From contig OY740802.1 of NCBI GenBank assembly GCA_963514005.1, positions 25,668,001 to 25,732,000 of the forward strand: a DNA stretch of 64,000 nt. The letters run 5' to 3'. Positions within the stretch are counted from its first letter, which is position 1. Each line of letters opens with the position of its first letter. Shown here piece by piece: positions 48,590 through 61,615 of this stretch. The translations under genes and the position numbers were made by a program. The stretch comes from Raja brachyura (lineage: Eukaryota). The notes below the pieces were generated by a model. The model worked only from the letters and a program-made list of their open reading frames with translations. It did no database searches and was not told the DNA's origin.

Positions 48590-49520
48590 CATAGAAACAT
48601 AGAAACATAGAAATTAGGTGCAGGAGTAGGCCATTCGGCCCTTCAAGCCTGCACCGCCATTCAATATGATCATGGCTGATCATCCAACTCAGTATCCCGT
48701 ACCTGCCTTCTCTCCATACCCTCTGATCCCCTTAGCCACAAGGGCCACATCTAACTCCCTCTTAAATATAGCCAATGAACTGGCCTCAACTACCTCTGTG
48801 GCAGAGAGTTCCAGAGACCCACCACTCTCTATGTGAAAAAAATCCTTCTCATCTCGGTCCTAAAGGATTTCCCCCTTATCTTTAAGCTGTGACCCCTTGT
48901 CCTGGACCTCCCCAACATCGGGAACAATCTTCCTGCATCTAGCCTGTCCAACCCCTTCAGAATTTTGTAAGTTTCTATAAGATCCCCTCTCAATCTCCTA
49001 AATTCTAGAGAGTATAAACCGAGTCTATGCAGTCTTTCTTCATAAGACAGTCCTGACATCCCAGGAATCAGTCTGGTGAACCTTCTCTGCACTCCCTCTA
49101 TGGCAATAATGTCCTTCCTCAGATTTGGAGACCAGAACTGTACGCAATACTCCAGGTGTGGCCTCACCAAGACCCTATACAACTGAAGTAGAACCTCCCT
49201 GCTCCTATACTCAAATCCTTTTGCTATGAAAGCTAACATACCATTCGCTTTCTTCACTGCCTGCTGTACCTGCATGCCTACTTTCAATGACTGGTGTACC
49301 ATGACACCCAGGTCGCGCTGCAGCTCCCCTTTTCCTAATCGGCCTCCATTTAGGTAATAGTCTGTTTTCCTATTTTTGCAACCAAAGTGGATAACCTCAT
49401 ATTTATCCACATTATACTGCATCTGCCAAACATTTGCCCACTCACCCAGCCTATCCAAGTCACCTTGCAGTCTCCTAGCATCCTCCTCACAGCTAACACT
49501 GCCCCCCAGCTTAGTGTCAT
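48590..49520 (-). mobile_element. Young 5'-truncated CR1/HER1-type LINE inserted into a Penelope pLTR palindrome
   Basis: 209-aa CR1 ORF2 C-terminus (RPHLEYCVQFWSP, LERRRLRGDL-like) and an (ATAGAAAC)n 8-bp tail. The flanks rejoin as a pLTR. Confidence 0.92.
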
Positions 49521-50151
49521 TTTCCAGAGATGCTGCCTGACCCGCTGAATTATTCCAGCATTTTGTGTCTATCTTTGGTATGAACCAGCATCTGCAATTC
49601 TTTCCTACACACTCAGTTATGTTGACTAGCTACACGATGGCACTTTGGACTATTTCAGTGTGGTGGCACGGTGGCACAGCGGTTAGAGCACCTCAGGTGC
49701 CATCTGCACGGAGTTTGTGTGTTCTCCCTGTGACCGCAAGGGTTTTTCCTCCAGATGCTACGGTTTCCTTCCACAACCCAGAGCCGTGCGGGTTTGCAGG
49801 TTAATTGAACCTCTGTCAATTTGCCCCTATTGTGTAGGGATTGGAAAAGGTGGAACTAGTGCGAACAGGTGATTGATGGTCAGTGTGGAATTGGTGGACC
49901 AAAGGGCCTGCCATCATGCTCATAAGTTCTAGGAGCAGAATTAGGCCATTCGGCCAATCAAGTCTACTCTGCCATTCAATCATGGTTAACCTATTGTCCC
50001 CTCTCAACCCCATTGCCCTGCTTTCTCGCCATAACCCCCGACGCCCTTACTACTCAAGAATATGTTAATCTCCACCTTAAAGATATCCATTGACTTGCCC
50101 TCCACAGCTGTTTGTGATGCTGCATCATTCAATCAATCGGTCAGTACCAAT

Positions 50152-50396
50152 TTTCACACAGAGAGTGGTGAATCTGTGGCATTCTCTGCCACAGAAGGTA
50201 GTTGTGGCCAGTTCATTGGCTATATTTAAGAGGGAGTTAGATGTGGCCCTTGTGGCTAAAGGAATCACGAGGTATGGAGATAAGGCAGGTACAGGATACT
50301 GAGTTGGATGATCAGCCATGATCATATTGAATGGCGGTGCAGGCTTGAAGGGCCGAATGGCCTACTCCTGCACCTATTTTCTATGTTTCTATGTTT
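50152..50396 (+). mobile_element. CR1/HER1 LINE 3' fragment
   Basis: FTQRVVNLWHSLPQKVV peptide and a (TTCTATGT)n tail. Near-identical to the copies at 48590 and 50714. Confidence 0.88.
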
Positions 50397-50496
50397 ACCC
50401 CTCTTCCCAACTTGAATGAATAACATCAACACTCTGATAATTATTCCCCTAACATTTTCAGGTCTTTGCTATTTGGTAATTGGTTTCACATGTACC

Positions 50497-50641
50497 TTCT
50501 TCTTCTTGTGTATGGCGTGTACAACCTAAAGTTGTAGGACAACTTGTTCTATTTGATCTTATTTGATTATGCACGCCAGGTTGATTGCATTCGTTGAAAC
50601 AGGGTGGACCACGTGAAGGTTGCAATCTCCCACCCCAATCC
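50497..50641 (-). mobile_element. Short non-LTR retroposon with (GAA)n tail, second copy
   Basis: Homologous to 39876-40011, with TSD catgtacc. Confidence 0.72.
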
Positions 50642-50713
50642 CATGTACCCATACTACACCACGTTCCAAACTAAAGTCCTTCATTGGTTGCACAATGCTT
50701 TGGCCACCCTTAA

Positions 50714-51102
50714 CATAGAAACATAGAAACATAGAAAATAGGTGCAGGAGTAGGCCATTCGGCCCTTCGAGCCTGCACCGCCATTCAATGTGATCATGGC
50801 TGATCATCCAACTCAGTATCCCGTACCTGCCTTCTCTCCATACCCCCTGATCCCTTTAGCCACAAGTGCCACATCTAACGCCCTCTTAAATATAGCCAAT
50901 GAACTGGCCTCAACTACCTTCTGTGGCAGAGAATTCCAGAGACTCACCACTCTCTGTGTAAAGAATGTTTTCCTCATTTCGGTCCTAAAGGAATTCCCCC
51001 TTATCCTTAGACTGTGACCCCTTGTTCTGGACTCCCCCAACATCGGGAACAATCTTCCAGCATCTAGCTTGTCCAACCCCTTAAGAATTTTGTAGGTTTC
51101 TT
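50714..51102 (-). mobile_element. CR1/HER1 LINE 3' fragment
   Basis: RTRGHSLRIRG...FFTQRVVSLWNSLP peptide and a tandem catagaaa tail. Older CR1 fragments lie at about 2230-2650, 3975-4305, 6255-6595, 11075-11640, 39740-40745, 51355-51800, 58280-58710 and 63075-63540. Confidence 0.88.
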
Positions 51103-53091
51103 AAGTCAGAAGAGGTGCTACAGCAATGTAGCACAAAGGAGAAGTTGCATTGACAACGTTGATATACATCAGATGGGATGGCAACATAGATCTCCCGACA
51201 GGGGTGGACTTTACCGATCTATTGACAACATCTGAGAAAAGGATATTGATCCCAATATGCACCCACAATTATTATCAGTCAAAAACAACAACTGTAGATC
51301 TTTCTACATTCAAACTGATTGCTATCTAAAGATAACAAATCCAAAAATAAAGAAATTAGCTACAGGGGAGAGGGTGGACAGACTGGGATTGTTTTCTTGA
51401 GAGGGTGAGAAGTTGAGGGGAGACCTGATAGATGTATATAAAGTTATGAATGACATAGATAGGGTAGACAGTCAGAACCTTTTTTCCCAGGGTGGAAATG
51501 TGAAATATTATAGGGCATAGTTTTAAGATGAGAGGGGTAAAGTTTAAAGGAGATAGTTTTTTTTTGTTCATACACAGGGTGGTGGATGTCTAGAAAGCAT
51601 TGCCATGGGTGGTGGTGCAGGCAGATACGATAGCGGTGTTTAAGAGGCTTTTAGGCAGGCACAGGCATATGCAGGGGGTGGAGGGATATGGATCACGTGC
51701 AGGCAGAGGAGATTAGTTTAAAGGCATCATATTCCGCATGTACATTGTGGGCTGCAGGGCCTGTTCCTGTGCTGAACTCTTCCATTTCTATGTTCTATTT
51801 GAGAATTTGAGATATTGAGATAATGATCCTAGTGTCCATCTACAATAAGCATCAGCCAAAAGCAGAACACTGCAGTTGAAGATAGATACAACATGCTGGA
51901 GATATCAGCGGGTCAAGCAGGAAAAGGATGAGTGACGTTTCAGGTCGGAACCCTTCTTCAGACATTAAATGTCACCTATCCTTTTTCTCCAGAGATGCTG
52001 CCTGACCCGCTTTGCTGCTCCAGCACTTGCGTCTATCTTCGGTATAAATCAGCACCTGCAATTCCTTTCCACACTGCAATTGAAGAGCTTTCTACATTCA
52101 AATCAGTGGCTGATTTGCTGAAAAAGCATTCCACAGATAATCAAGAGTGGGAAAAATCAAAATTAATCTGTTGGAACAAATTTGTGAGTGGTCCGAACTC
52201 ACAATAGACAATAGGTGCAGGAGTAGGCCATTCGGCCCTTCGAGCCAGCACTGCCATTCAATGTGATCATGGCTGATCATCCACAATCAGTACCCTGTTC
52301 CTGCCCTCTCCCCATATCCCCTGACTCCGCTATAGGCTTGCTGTGGGCACGGTGTTAGCAGCTTGTGAAGGAGTGATGAATTTCAGACAGTAACGTTCTG
52401 ATATCTAGTGTTAAGTTCCCCAGTCCCTCTATCACTATGCATCCAAAGCAGCTGCTTCAAGAGAGGAATTATACATACACATATCTTTTTGTGAATTATG
52501 TCCTATATCCCACCTATCATAAAAACTGTCTGGTGCCTTATTTATGTTTGACTTTAGCCATTCTCGCTGTTCTTAAAGCTACAGCTGGAGGGACTGAACG
52601 AGACTGAATTTTGTAACGTCAGTAGAGGGAGCCATTTACCACCTGCAACACTGCTGCATGCTGAGCATGCACTGGTGCCTTGCTGCATCCATTCAGGTGG
52701 ACATTGGCAGTGTGCATATCTTCCAGGAATAGCACTCAGGGCTGCGGTTCCAGGGACTGAGTTAAGCCTCACTACAGAAGCTGGAGAATTAAAATTGAAT
52801 TCATTAAATAAATCAACAATAAAAATCAGCTCTGCCCGATCCATTTTACCACTCCACTGCAAAATCTACTCAAGATGTGCCTACTTTGAACAAGTTCTGC
52901 TTTTCTCATCAATCCATTTTACTTATCCACTGCAAAATCTCTTCAGGGTATATCTACTTTGTAAAAGGTACACTAAGTGCTGCAGTAACTCAGCAGGACA
53001 GGCAGGCTACATCTCTGGAGAATATGGATAAGTGACGTGTTAGGTTGAGACCCTTTGCTTCTCCAGAGAGTTGCGTGCCTTGCTGATTTAC

Positions 53092-53674
53092 GGGGCCTGT
53101 CCCACTTGGGCGTCAGTTATGCGACAGGCCAGTAGTGACTGTCGCACGAAAATCGTTTAGCAGTACGACAGTCGCGTGCCAAGTGCTCTTGAGGGCCCTG
53201 CTTCTTTTGGGAGCCATTTACAATGTCGTTCGTACTTAGTCCGATCTCTGTGGCAAGGATTTTCCCAGTGAAAATCAAAGATACTATGGTGAAAATGTTT
53301 CAAAACTAGGCGCGCTTTATACCCGGGTGGTCACGTGGTGCAGCGCGCAAATGACACACAAATGGCGCGCCGACAGCGTACAGGCGGCGCATGGTTACGG
53401 CCGGTGACGCATAATAAATTAGCATAGGCAATGTTCGTGCGTCACTGTGCGCAACCACGCAAACACGTATGCCGTCAGCACGTCAGCGTACGCCAACAGT
53501 ACGTCAGCTTGCGCAAGGGATACGTCATGCCAGGTGGCGTGCGAGGATTTTGAGCACTGCAAAATCCTGGGACGCCGCACATTACTGCACACGCCATCAC
53601 GCCATACGCGCGTCACGACGTGCCAACCAATTTTTAGGATGTCGCCTAAATGACGCCCAAGTGGGACAGGCCCT
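53092..53674. mobile_element. PIF/Harbinger-type MITE inserted in a pLTR
   Basis: TIRs gggcctgtcccacttgggcgtca / tgacgcccaagtgggacaggccc. CpG-rich interior. The flanks rejoin as gctga.ttactc.agcact. Confidence 0.8.
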
Positions 53675-56600
53675 TAACTCTAGCACTTGATGTCCTTTTG
53701 TGTATTAACTAGCGTCAGCAGTTCTTTGTTCCTATTTTGAAGACATTTTCCTCTTCTCTTCAAGTCTGAAGAAAGGGTCCAGACCCAAAATGTCACCCAG
53801 CCATGTCCTGCACAGATGCTGCCTGACCTGCTGAGTTACTCGAGCACTTTGTGTCCTTTATTTTCCAAAGTAGACATACCCTGAGCAGATTTTGCAGTGG
53901 ATCAGTAAAACAGAATGGAGAGAAAGTCATTGAGTCGTACAACTAAGAAACAGGCCTTTCAGCCCATCTAGCCAACATGACCCATCTAGTCCCACCTGCC
54001 TAAGCTTGACCCATAACCCTCTATACATATCCTATCCACATACCTGTCCAAATGTCTCTTAAACGTCACAGACATTTGAGCGTTACTCAGGCACTTTGTA
54101 TTCTACTCCAGATTCCAGCAGCTACAGTTCCTTGACATTCAATAATAAAAAGCTCTCTGAATGACTAATGTTTTTTATGGGTGAAGTCTGCCTTGGTTAG
54201 TCACCCGGGCTACACATGACTTCTGACCAACAGCACCAAGGCTGCTCTCTGAAACTGGCCAGCAAAGCATCAAAAGTGTTGCCTCCTGCAAGACCATCTG
54301 CATCACATAGATTGCCATGATTCAAGGTGAAGCTCAAAACCAACTTCTCACGGATTCAGAGGAATTGTCCAGCCATGCTGGGCTTGCCAGTGTCTCTGAA
54401 GCCAGAAATGGGAAAACAAAATTATTCCCAGGATTTTATACGGCAACTGATTTGCTACTCGGTCATACAGCGTGGAAACAGGTCGTTCGGCCCAACTTTC
54501 CCACACGGACCAACATGTCCCATCAACATTAGTCTCATCTGCCCGTGTTTGGCCCATATCCTTCTAAACCTATCCTGTCCATGCACCTGTCTAAATGTTT
54601 CTTAATAGTTGCCTAAACTACCTCCTCCAGCAGCTTGTTCCATACACCCACCATCCTTTGTGTAAACCCATCGGCCCATCAAGTCTACTCCGCCAATCAA
54701 TCATGGCTGATCTATCTCTCCCTCCCAACCCCATTCTCCTGCATTGTCCCCATAACCTCTGACACCCATACTAATCAAGTATCTATTCCTGCCTTAAAAA
54801 TATCCACTGACTGCCTCCAGAGCCTTCTGCGGCAAAGAATTCCACAGATTCACCACCCTCTGACTAAATAAATTCCTCCTCATCTTCCTAAAAGAACGTT
54901 CTTTAATTCTGAGGCTATGACCTCTAGTCCTAGACTCTCCCACTAGTAGAAACATCCTCTCCATCTCCCCCCACCCCCTGACCTGTAATACTGTGCTGGA
55001 AAAAGTATAATGCTGTAGAATACCATAAATATAATGCTATAAAGCACCATACACAAGTGGCACAATTAATTGTCCTTGCCTCATCAAATGATTTAACATA
55101 ATGGTACAATGGACAGCACAATGGCGCAGCGGTAGAGTTGCTGCCTAACAGCGCCAGAGACCTGGGTTCGATCCAGACTACAGATACAGCCTGTGCTGGG
55201 TTTGCATGTTTTCCTGCCTCTGTGTGGGCTTCCTTCGCGTGCTCTGGATTCCTCCCACATCCCCAAAACATGCAAATTTGTAGTTTAATTGGCTCCTGTC
55301 ATGTAGGTTTGTAGGTGAAGTGGCCTCTGTAAATTGCCCCTAGTCTGTAGGGAGTGGATGCAAATGTGGGATAACATGGAAATAGTATGAACAGATGATC
55401 GAATGAGGGGCCTATTTCCATGCTGTGTCTTTCAAACAATAAAGTGTCACAAAGCAAGACTGAAGTCCAAAACTGAAGACCTACATTTTAAACACCTACA
55501 TTTAAATTGAGTAACACAACTATTGATAGCACAAAGTCACTGCAAGCAAAATCATTGATGGCAAACGATATGAGAAATTAGCAAAGAAAACGAGTTTGGA
55601 AGACAAAAATAATGAGAAAGTAATCAGTTAATATTCGTCATCCCTGATCAACATTATGGTACTCGACTTTCTCACCATCTGAGACTTCTGCTCCCAGTAT
55701 TTAGATGGTGCTATCACCCTTGAATGACTATCCCACTCCAAAATCAGGCATATTTTCAGACTCTCACTTTAAAAAGCCATGAGCTCCGAAATCGCTCCCA
55801 AAACTGCTTTTCCACTGAAAAATTCCATGGTTATTAGCTTCCTTTTCTAATTCAATTTTTAAAAATGGTTACAATGGTACTTTATTTCTTGCAGTGAAAT
55901 TCATTTTTGTACAGTTCAAGTATCACTATACATAATCACTAAGCTACATCTTAGATAAGCATCTCAGATACAGTACAAGCGTATAGCAGTAATGCACTGA
56001 GACAGTGTACAGTTGCCAGTTTGGCGCCATTTTCAAGTCCCGGTTAAATGTGCAGGGTTTCTGCACCATTATTTTAATAGTTCCTGTGAAGCACCTTGAA
56101 GTGTTCAATCTTGACAAAGATGCTACATTAATTCATGTTTAACTAGTGTGTTGTTCTTGCAATTAAATTATTTTATCACACGGGGCTTTTATCAGTTTAT
56201 TATCATATACTCAGGTACAGTGAGGTATAGGTACAGTTAATGCTGAAGTAACACAGCGGGTCGGACAACATCTCTGAAGAAAAGGAATAGGCGACGTTTC
56301 AGGTCGAGACCCTTCTTCAGACTGAAGATGGGTCTCGACTCGAAATCCCTCAGACTGAAGAAGAGGCTCGACTCGAAACGTCACCCATCCTTTTTCTTCA
56401 GAGATGCTACCAGACCCGCTGTGTTACTCCAGCATTTTGTGTCTATCTTCGGCATATCTTCGGTGTCTATCTTCCTACACTAAAACATAAATCCTACGAA
56501 AATTATACATGATATTGAAAAGAAAGACTGCAAAAATATTAATGCAATTAGAAAATTAGCCTATCGTAGCTTTCCATTATTGAGGAAGAATTAGTGTTGT

Positions 56601-59600
56601 GCAGGTCAGTTCAAGAACCTGTAGAAAAATAGCTGTTCCTGAACCTGGTGGTGTGGGGCTTCAGGCTTCTGTACCTCCTGCCCGGCAGTGGCAACAAGAA
56701 GATCCTTGGAGTTTGATGTCACCTTCTTGAGGCAACGCCTCATGGAGATGCTTTTGATGGTGGGGAGGGCTGTGCTCGTGATGGGCAGGCACCACTCAAC
56801 CAGGCTTTTGATCGCTCTCCTGTATGCTGCCTCATCACCCCCTGTAATTCGGCCAACAGCAATGTCCGTTGTTGATGAATTTTGTTGGTGAATTGGAGGT
56901 GCGCTTAGCTGCACAGTCATTGGTATAATGAGGGTAGAGCTAACTGTGCAACCTTGAGGTGCAGCTGCATTTATGATGAGCGAGGGGAAGACGCTGTTTT
57001 TCAATCGTCACTGAATGAGGAATGCTGAATGCCGAGCTGCAGGGTATGAACAGCAAGCGGACATAAGTAATCCCGTGGTGCAGAATGGAGTAAGATAACA
57101 TCTGCTGTTGAGGTGGTGAGCAAATCAAACCAGATCCAGGTCATTCTTGAGGCAGAAGTTGATTTCTACCATAACCAAATTCTCTTTAGACTTCAGACTT
57201 CAGAGTTACAGCGTGGAAACAGGCCCTTCAGCCCATCGAGTCCACGCCAACCAGCGATCACCCCGTACATGAACATTACCCTACACACTAAGGACAATTT
57301 CCAATTTTTCACCGAAGCCAATTAACCTATCTTTTTGGAGTGTTCTTCCCCCATCCCAAAGATATGCGGGTTTGTAGGTTAATTGGCCTCTGTAAATTGT
57401 TCCGTAGAGTTGGGACTGGGAACATGAGATAACATAGAACCAATGTGATCGGCGTAGACTTGGTGGGTCGAAGGGCCTGCTTCCCCACTGTATCTATATA
57501 CAAAATGGACTATAAATTAATCCCACATCTCAGCTCTTTGACCATAAATAGCTCTGCAAGTTCTGCTCTTCGAGTGCCTTAACTGAGCTAAAAATGCACC
57601 TCCCTCTAAGATTATATACTTCAAAGCACAGAAGGACATCAGTTGACCCACTGCGGTTGTTCCAGCACTTGGGTAGTACTGGTATTTTGTCTCAACCCTG
57701 CATAGCCCGATCCACACGCAGTGAATCACAATGCCCTTGCTCCAGAAAGCAGCTGGCATGCCCCAGGTTCCGTTTGAGTCAGAAATACCATGCTTATTAG
57801 TCATCATTTCTTAACCAGGTTTGGTGACTGGAACTCGAACAAGAGGGGAACCATCTGGCCAAAAAGGTTCCAGTTACAAAGACCGGTTGCATAGAGCTTG
57901 GCGGCATTTCCCTTGCAGACAGAAGGTTAAGTGATGATCTAATTGGGATGGTTAGGACTTGCAATTGGATGGAGATAAAATATTTATTCTGGTGTGCAGG
58001 GGTTTGATCCAGGGCCCTGAACAAGGAAGGAAAAACCTTAAAATTAGAGCCAGCTGGACCCCTTCTCAAATATATCTGGAACACTTTCCAAAATAAAACT
58101 GGAGACTGCAGCTCACTAGGGAGTTTCTGAAGTGAGATTGATAGACTTTTGTTAGGCAAGGGTATTAAGGAATCTAGGTGGATAGATGGTGTTAACATGT
58201 TATGGGTGGTGGAACTGGGTTAAGGGAATTTATAGGTCACTGCTGCTTCCAAAGAGCAATACACCATATAGACACATATGCTCATAAGTCATAGGAGCAG
58301 AATTAGGCCATTCGGTTCATCGAATCAACCCTGCCATTCAATCATGGCTGACCCATCTTTTCCAACCTCATTCTCCTGCCTTTTCCCCATAACCCTTGAT
58401 ACCCTTACTAATCAGGAATATGTCAACCTCCGTCTTAAAAATACCCAATGACATGGACTCCACAACCGTCTCTGGCAATGAATTCCACAGATTCATTGAT
58501 TAAAGAAATTCCTCCTCATCTACTTTCTAAAAGGCACGTCCTTCAATGTTGAGGCTATGCTCTCTGGTCCTAGACTCTCCCACTAGTGGAAACATCCTCT
58601 CCACATCCACTCGATCCAGGCCTTTCACTATTTGGTTAGTTTCAATTAGATCCCTCCATCATTCTTCTAAACTCCAGCGAGTACAGGCCCAGTGCTGTCA
58701 AATGTTCATCAATATGTTGGTTAGAAGGAACTGCAGTTGCTGGTTTACCAGAACAAAAAGTGCTGATTAACTTTGGTTACTTCTGGTAACCTGACATTCA
58801 GGTTTGTAGGTTAATTCATTTCTGTAAATTGCCCCTGAGATGCTGCCTGACTGGGTTTAGAGATACAGCATGGAAATAAGCCCTTCGCTCCAGGCCAGCC
58901 ATCGATCGCCCACACACTAGTTCCATGTAATTTAATTTTCCCATCCTCCACACTGGGGGTAATTCATAGAAGCCAATTAACCTGCAAACCTGCACGTCTT
59001 CGTAATGTGGGAGGAAACGGGAGCACCCGGAGAAAACCCACGCGGTCACAGGGAGAGCTAACAAACTCCACACACAGAGAGCACACGTAGTCAGGATGGA
59101 ACCCGGGTCCGTGGTGCTGCGAGGCAGCAGCTCTACCACTGCGTTACTGTGTCGCCACCGCCCTGTGTGTTTTCGCTCAAGATTCCAGCATCTGCAGTTC
59201 CTTATGTCTGCTATAAATCTGCTGTAACTGGATCATAAATACCCCGAAATATCCCTGGGGTTTACTGCCAAAAAAAAGCACAAGAGGGACTAGTGGAAAT
59301 TCAATCGTGTTAACAATACAAAAATTCTGAATCGTCTTACTCGATTACAGATTAATGAGAAAACAACATTTCAAAATAAACAAAAAGTTATTGCCAACGG
59401 GAATATTCACACAGGAAAAGGCACCTGGAATTCCAGGGTTCTTCTCATAAAGTTATCCAAACCACCCGATTAGATTACACCTAGTAATCACTCCCAGCTA
59501 TCCATTATTCCACCACTAGTAATGTTTTTCCTTAAGTCACTCATCTCAACAACAATCACCAAGCCTGCTGTGCAAAAGTTCTGAAAAGAAACAGATTTTC

Positions 59601-61322
59601 CCCAATCATTCATTAAAGTGCATGGATGATATAAAAAAGGACACATGGGAGGGAGGAGGGAGGATTAAAAGGCAATCATAAGATCACTGCTAACAAGCAA
59701 AGACTGATGAAAACTCCCAACCTAACAGCCTCACCAGACTTGGAAAGTGAAGTTTTAACTCACTTGCAGGTGCATAGTTTAGAAGGATTTTTTTTTTTAA
59801 AACACACTTGTGTATTGCAAGAGCGAAGTGGAAACGATTCAGAGAAGTTAAAAAAAAAATGCACTTAAGTAGTCACGGAGAGAAAATAAACAATTATGGC
59901 CCACTCAATCGTCCTTTACTGCTCCGTGGATTTGAAGGACTTTTAAAAACAGCAAGATCCAATCTCTTTGGAGAACGGGGCCTGATACTGTGGTGGAGCT
60001 GAAATAACACACTTAAGGTGAGCCCCATTAGATTAATGGCCATTTCTCTCATGTTAACTTAGCTCCCTTCCTGTTATTGCCAGACTCTAGCACACACTGG
60101 TACCTCCAATGACATCGCTACTCAGCGTTTCCATAAAATATCCACAATGCTGTAGTGGGCAGAATAAAGAAATCCTTCATTCAGACCATCACCCTCTGTA
60201 ATGAATTACTTTTTTTTTTTATATAAAGAGGGTTCGCTGATGATAAGGGGCATACAGTGGGTGCTCACTGTGTTTCTCTACATTACTGCAGCAACTATAC
60301 TTCAAAAGTACCTCACTGGCTGTAAAGTGGTTTGCAACATCCAGGGATCACAAGCAGTACTGCATTACTGTGCACCCTTCATAACACTGAGACACATCCT
60401 TTTATTGGAAAATAAACCAAATTCAGGCCTTGGAGACTAAACACCTTTGGCAAGGTGGTGCAGCGGTCATGTTGCTGCCGTACAGTGTCACAGACCCGGG
60501 TTCAATCCTGACTACGGGCACTGTCTGGAAGGCATTGTATATTCTCCCCGTGACACGCGTGGCTTTTCTCTGGTTTCCTTCCACAGTCCAAAGACGTGCA
60601 GGTTTGTAGGTTAATTTGCTTCTGTAAAATTGTAAATTATCTCTAGTGTGTGCGTGTTGGACAGTGTTACTTTGCGGGGATCGCTGATCAGTGCGGTCTT
60701 AGTGGGCAGAAGAACCTGTTTCCGCACTGCATCGCAACCAAAAAACAAATGTCTCCATCAAAAAATAGATGCACTGCTGGAGTAACTCAGCAGATCAGGC
60801 AGCATATCTGGAAAACATGGATTGACAACGTTTCGAGTCGGGATCCTCCTTCTGAAATGTCACCTATCCAAGTTCTCCAGGGATGCTGCCTAGACCACGG
60901 AGTTACTTCAGCACATTGGGTCTTTTGTTGTAAACCAGCATCTGCAGTTCCTTGTATCTTCACCTTTTTCCATCTGTTCCTTTCCCGCCAATCCTTATCC
61001 TAGCCTCTCCAGAAGAGCACAATTTGTTTAATTAGTTTAAAATACAACATATAAAATAGACCCTTCAGCCCACCAAGTCCATGCCGACAATCGATCACCC
61101 GTTCACTAGTTTTATGCTATCCCACTTTCTCATCCACTCCCTACACACTCGGGGCAATTTTACAGAGGGCCAATTAACCCTCAAACCCACACACCTTTGG
61201 GATGTGGGAGGAAACCAGAGCACCTGGAGGAAACCCTCGTGGTTACAGGGAAAACGTGCAAATTCCACACGGACAGCACTTGAGGTTTGCTTTGGACCAG
61301 CAAAAGTCATGTAACAATGATA

Positions 61323-61615
61323 CAATGCAAACTCGGTCTCGGATGTCGGCTATGGGAAGGGATCTGCCAGCTCTGGCCAGGCGGGAGCGCCAGAGCCCCA
61401 GCTGCAGGGGGCAAATTCGAGCCACTGATCGGCCGCGGAAGTCACGATGAGGTAAAGATCGGCCACCTCACCCAACATAGGCGTCACATTTTTGGGGGGG
61501 GACTACGGCGGGGGGTGGGAGATTTCAAGTTCCCTCTCGTAATTGTTTCTGGATGAAAAGAGGTGCCGCGCCACCCAATTGCCGGAGGGAAAAAAAAAAA
61601 TCAGTGGTGGACCTG
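61323..61615 (-). mobile_element. Tc1/mariner-pogo-like DNA transposon fragment, same family as 9660
   Basis: aaatcagtggtggacctg|TA terminus, with shared internal blocks ggccgatcag, ggctctggc and ggcagatcc. Confidence 0.55.

Noticed and set aside
9660-61615. The two pogo-like termini as ends of one giant 52-kb transposon
   Set aside because: They flank host UQCC1 exons, are diverged, and are better explained as two independent fragments of one family.
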